Part shown: piece by piece, positions 63,817 to 64,000 of the stretch
How positions within the stretch are numbered: position 1 is the stretch's first letter
How the letters are laid out: every line of letters begins with the position of its first letter
From: Leucoraja ocellata
Taxonomy: Eukaryota
DNA: 64,000 nucleotides
Assembly (NCBI GenBank): GCA_036785375.1
Contig: JAWMAR010000123.1
Coordinates: 3,472,001 to 3,536,000 of the forward strand
Direction: 5' to 3'
The notes under the pieces: model-generated
The model's database searches: none
Seen by the model: the letters and a program-made list of their open reading frames with translations, nothing else
Told to the model about the DNA's origin: nothing
Position numbers and translations under genes: made by a program

Positions 63817-64000
63817 GTGGCTGCACAGTGACGCAGCGGTAGAGTTGCAGCCTAATAGCACCAGAGGCACTGGTTCGATCCTGGTTACGGGTGCTGTCTG
63901 TACGGAGTTTGTACAGTCTCCCTGCGACCACATGGGTTTTCTCTGGGCGCTCTGGTTTCCTCCCACGCTCCAAAGACGTACAGGTTTGTAGGTTAATTGG
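63817..64000 (+). mobile_element. HE1/V-SINE-like SINE (runs off the window end)
   Basis: gtgacgcagcggtagagttgc...ggttcgatcc...V-domain core. Confidence 0.8.

Noticed and set aside
293-64000. tRNA-like A/B-box sequences
   Set aside because: They are SINE heads without a complete cloverleaf, not tRNA genes.

Overview
AT-rich eukaryotic (vertebrate) genomic DNA. The repeat inventory (HE1/V-SINE-like, SacSINE1/DeuSINE-like, CR1/HER1-like, Penelope-like elements) points to a cartilaginous fish, probably a skate or ray (inference). The whole window lies inside one plus-strand gene, BAIAP2/IRSp53. Nine consecutive internal coding exons (1818-1904, 35561-35622, 37193-37264, 39268-39405, 52807-52959, 55179-55427, 60654-60855, 62686-62887, 63145-63210) have GT-AG boundaries and compatible phases. 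They encode most of the I-BAR/IMD domain, the CRIB-PR region, the 14-3-3 linker and the SH3 domain; the start and the C-terminus lie outside the window. The rest is intron filled with retroposon and MITE debris. Most notable observations: (1) a Penelope-like element family whose terminal repeat carries a minimal hammerhead-ribozyme motif, decayed at CpGs, and forms many ~150-bp palindromes hinged at that motif; (2) a TSD-bounded ~0.93-kb GC-rich non-coding retroposon with a related element nested inside it; (3) a 161-bp near-perfect hairpin that would mask a strong 3' splice site; (4) a candidate 17-nt poison microexon. Repeat boundaries are approximate and family names come from recalled consensus motifs, not database searches.
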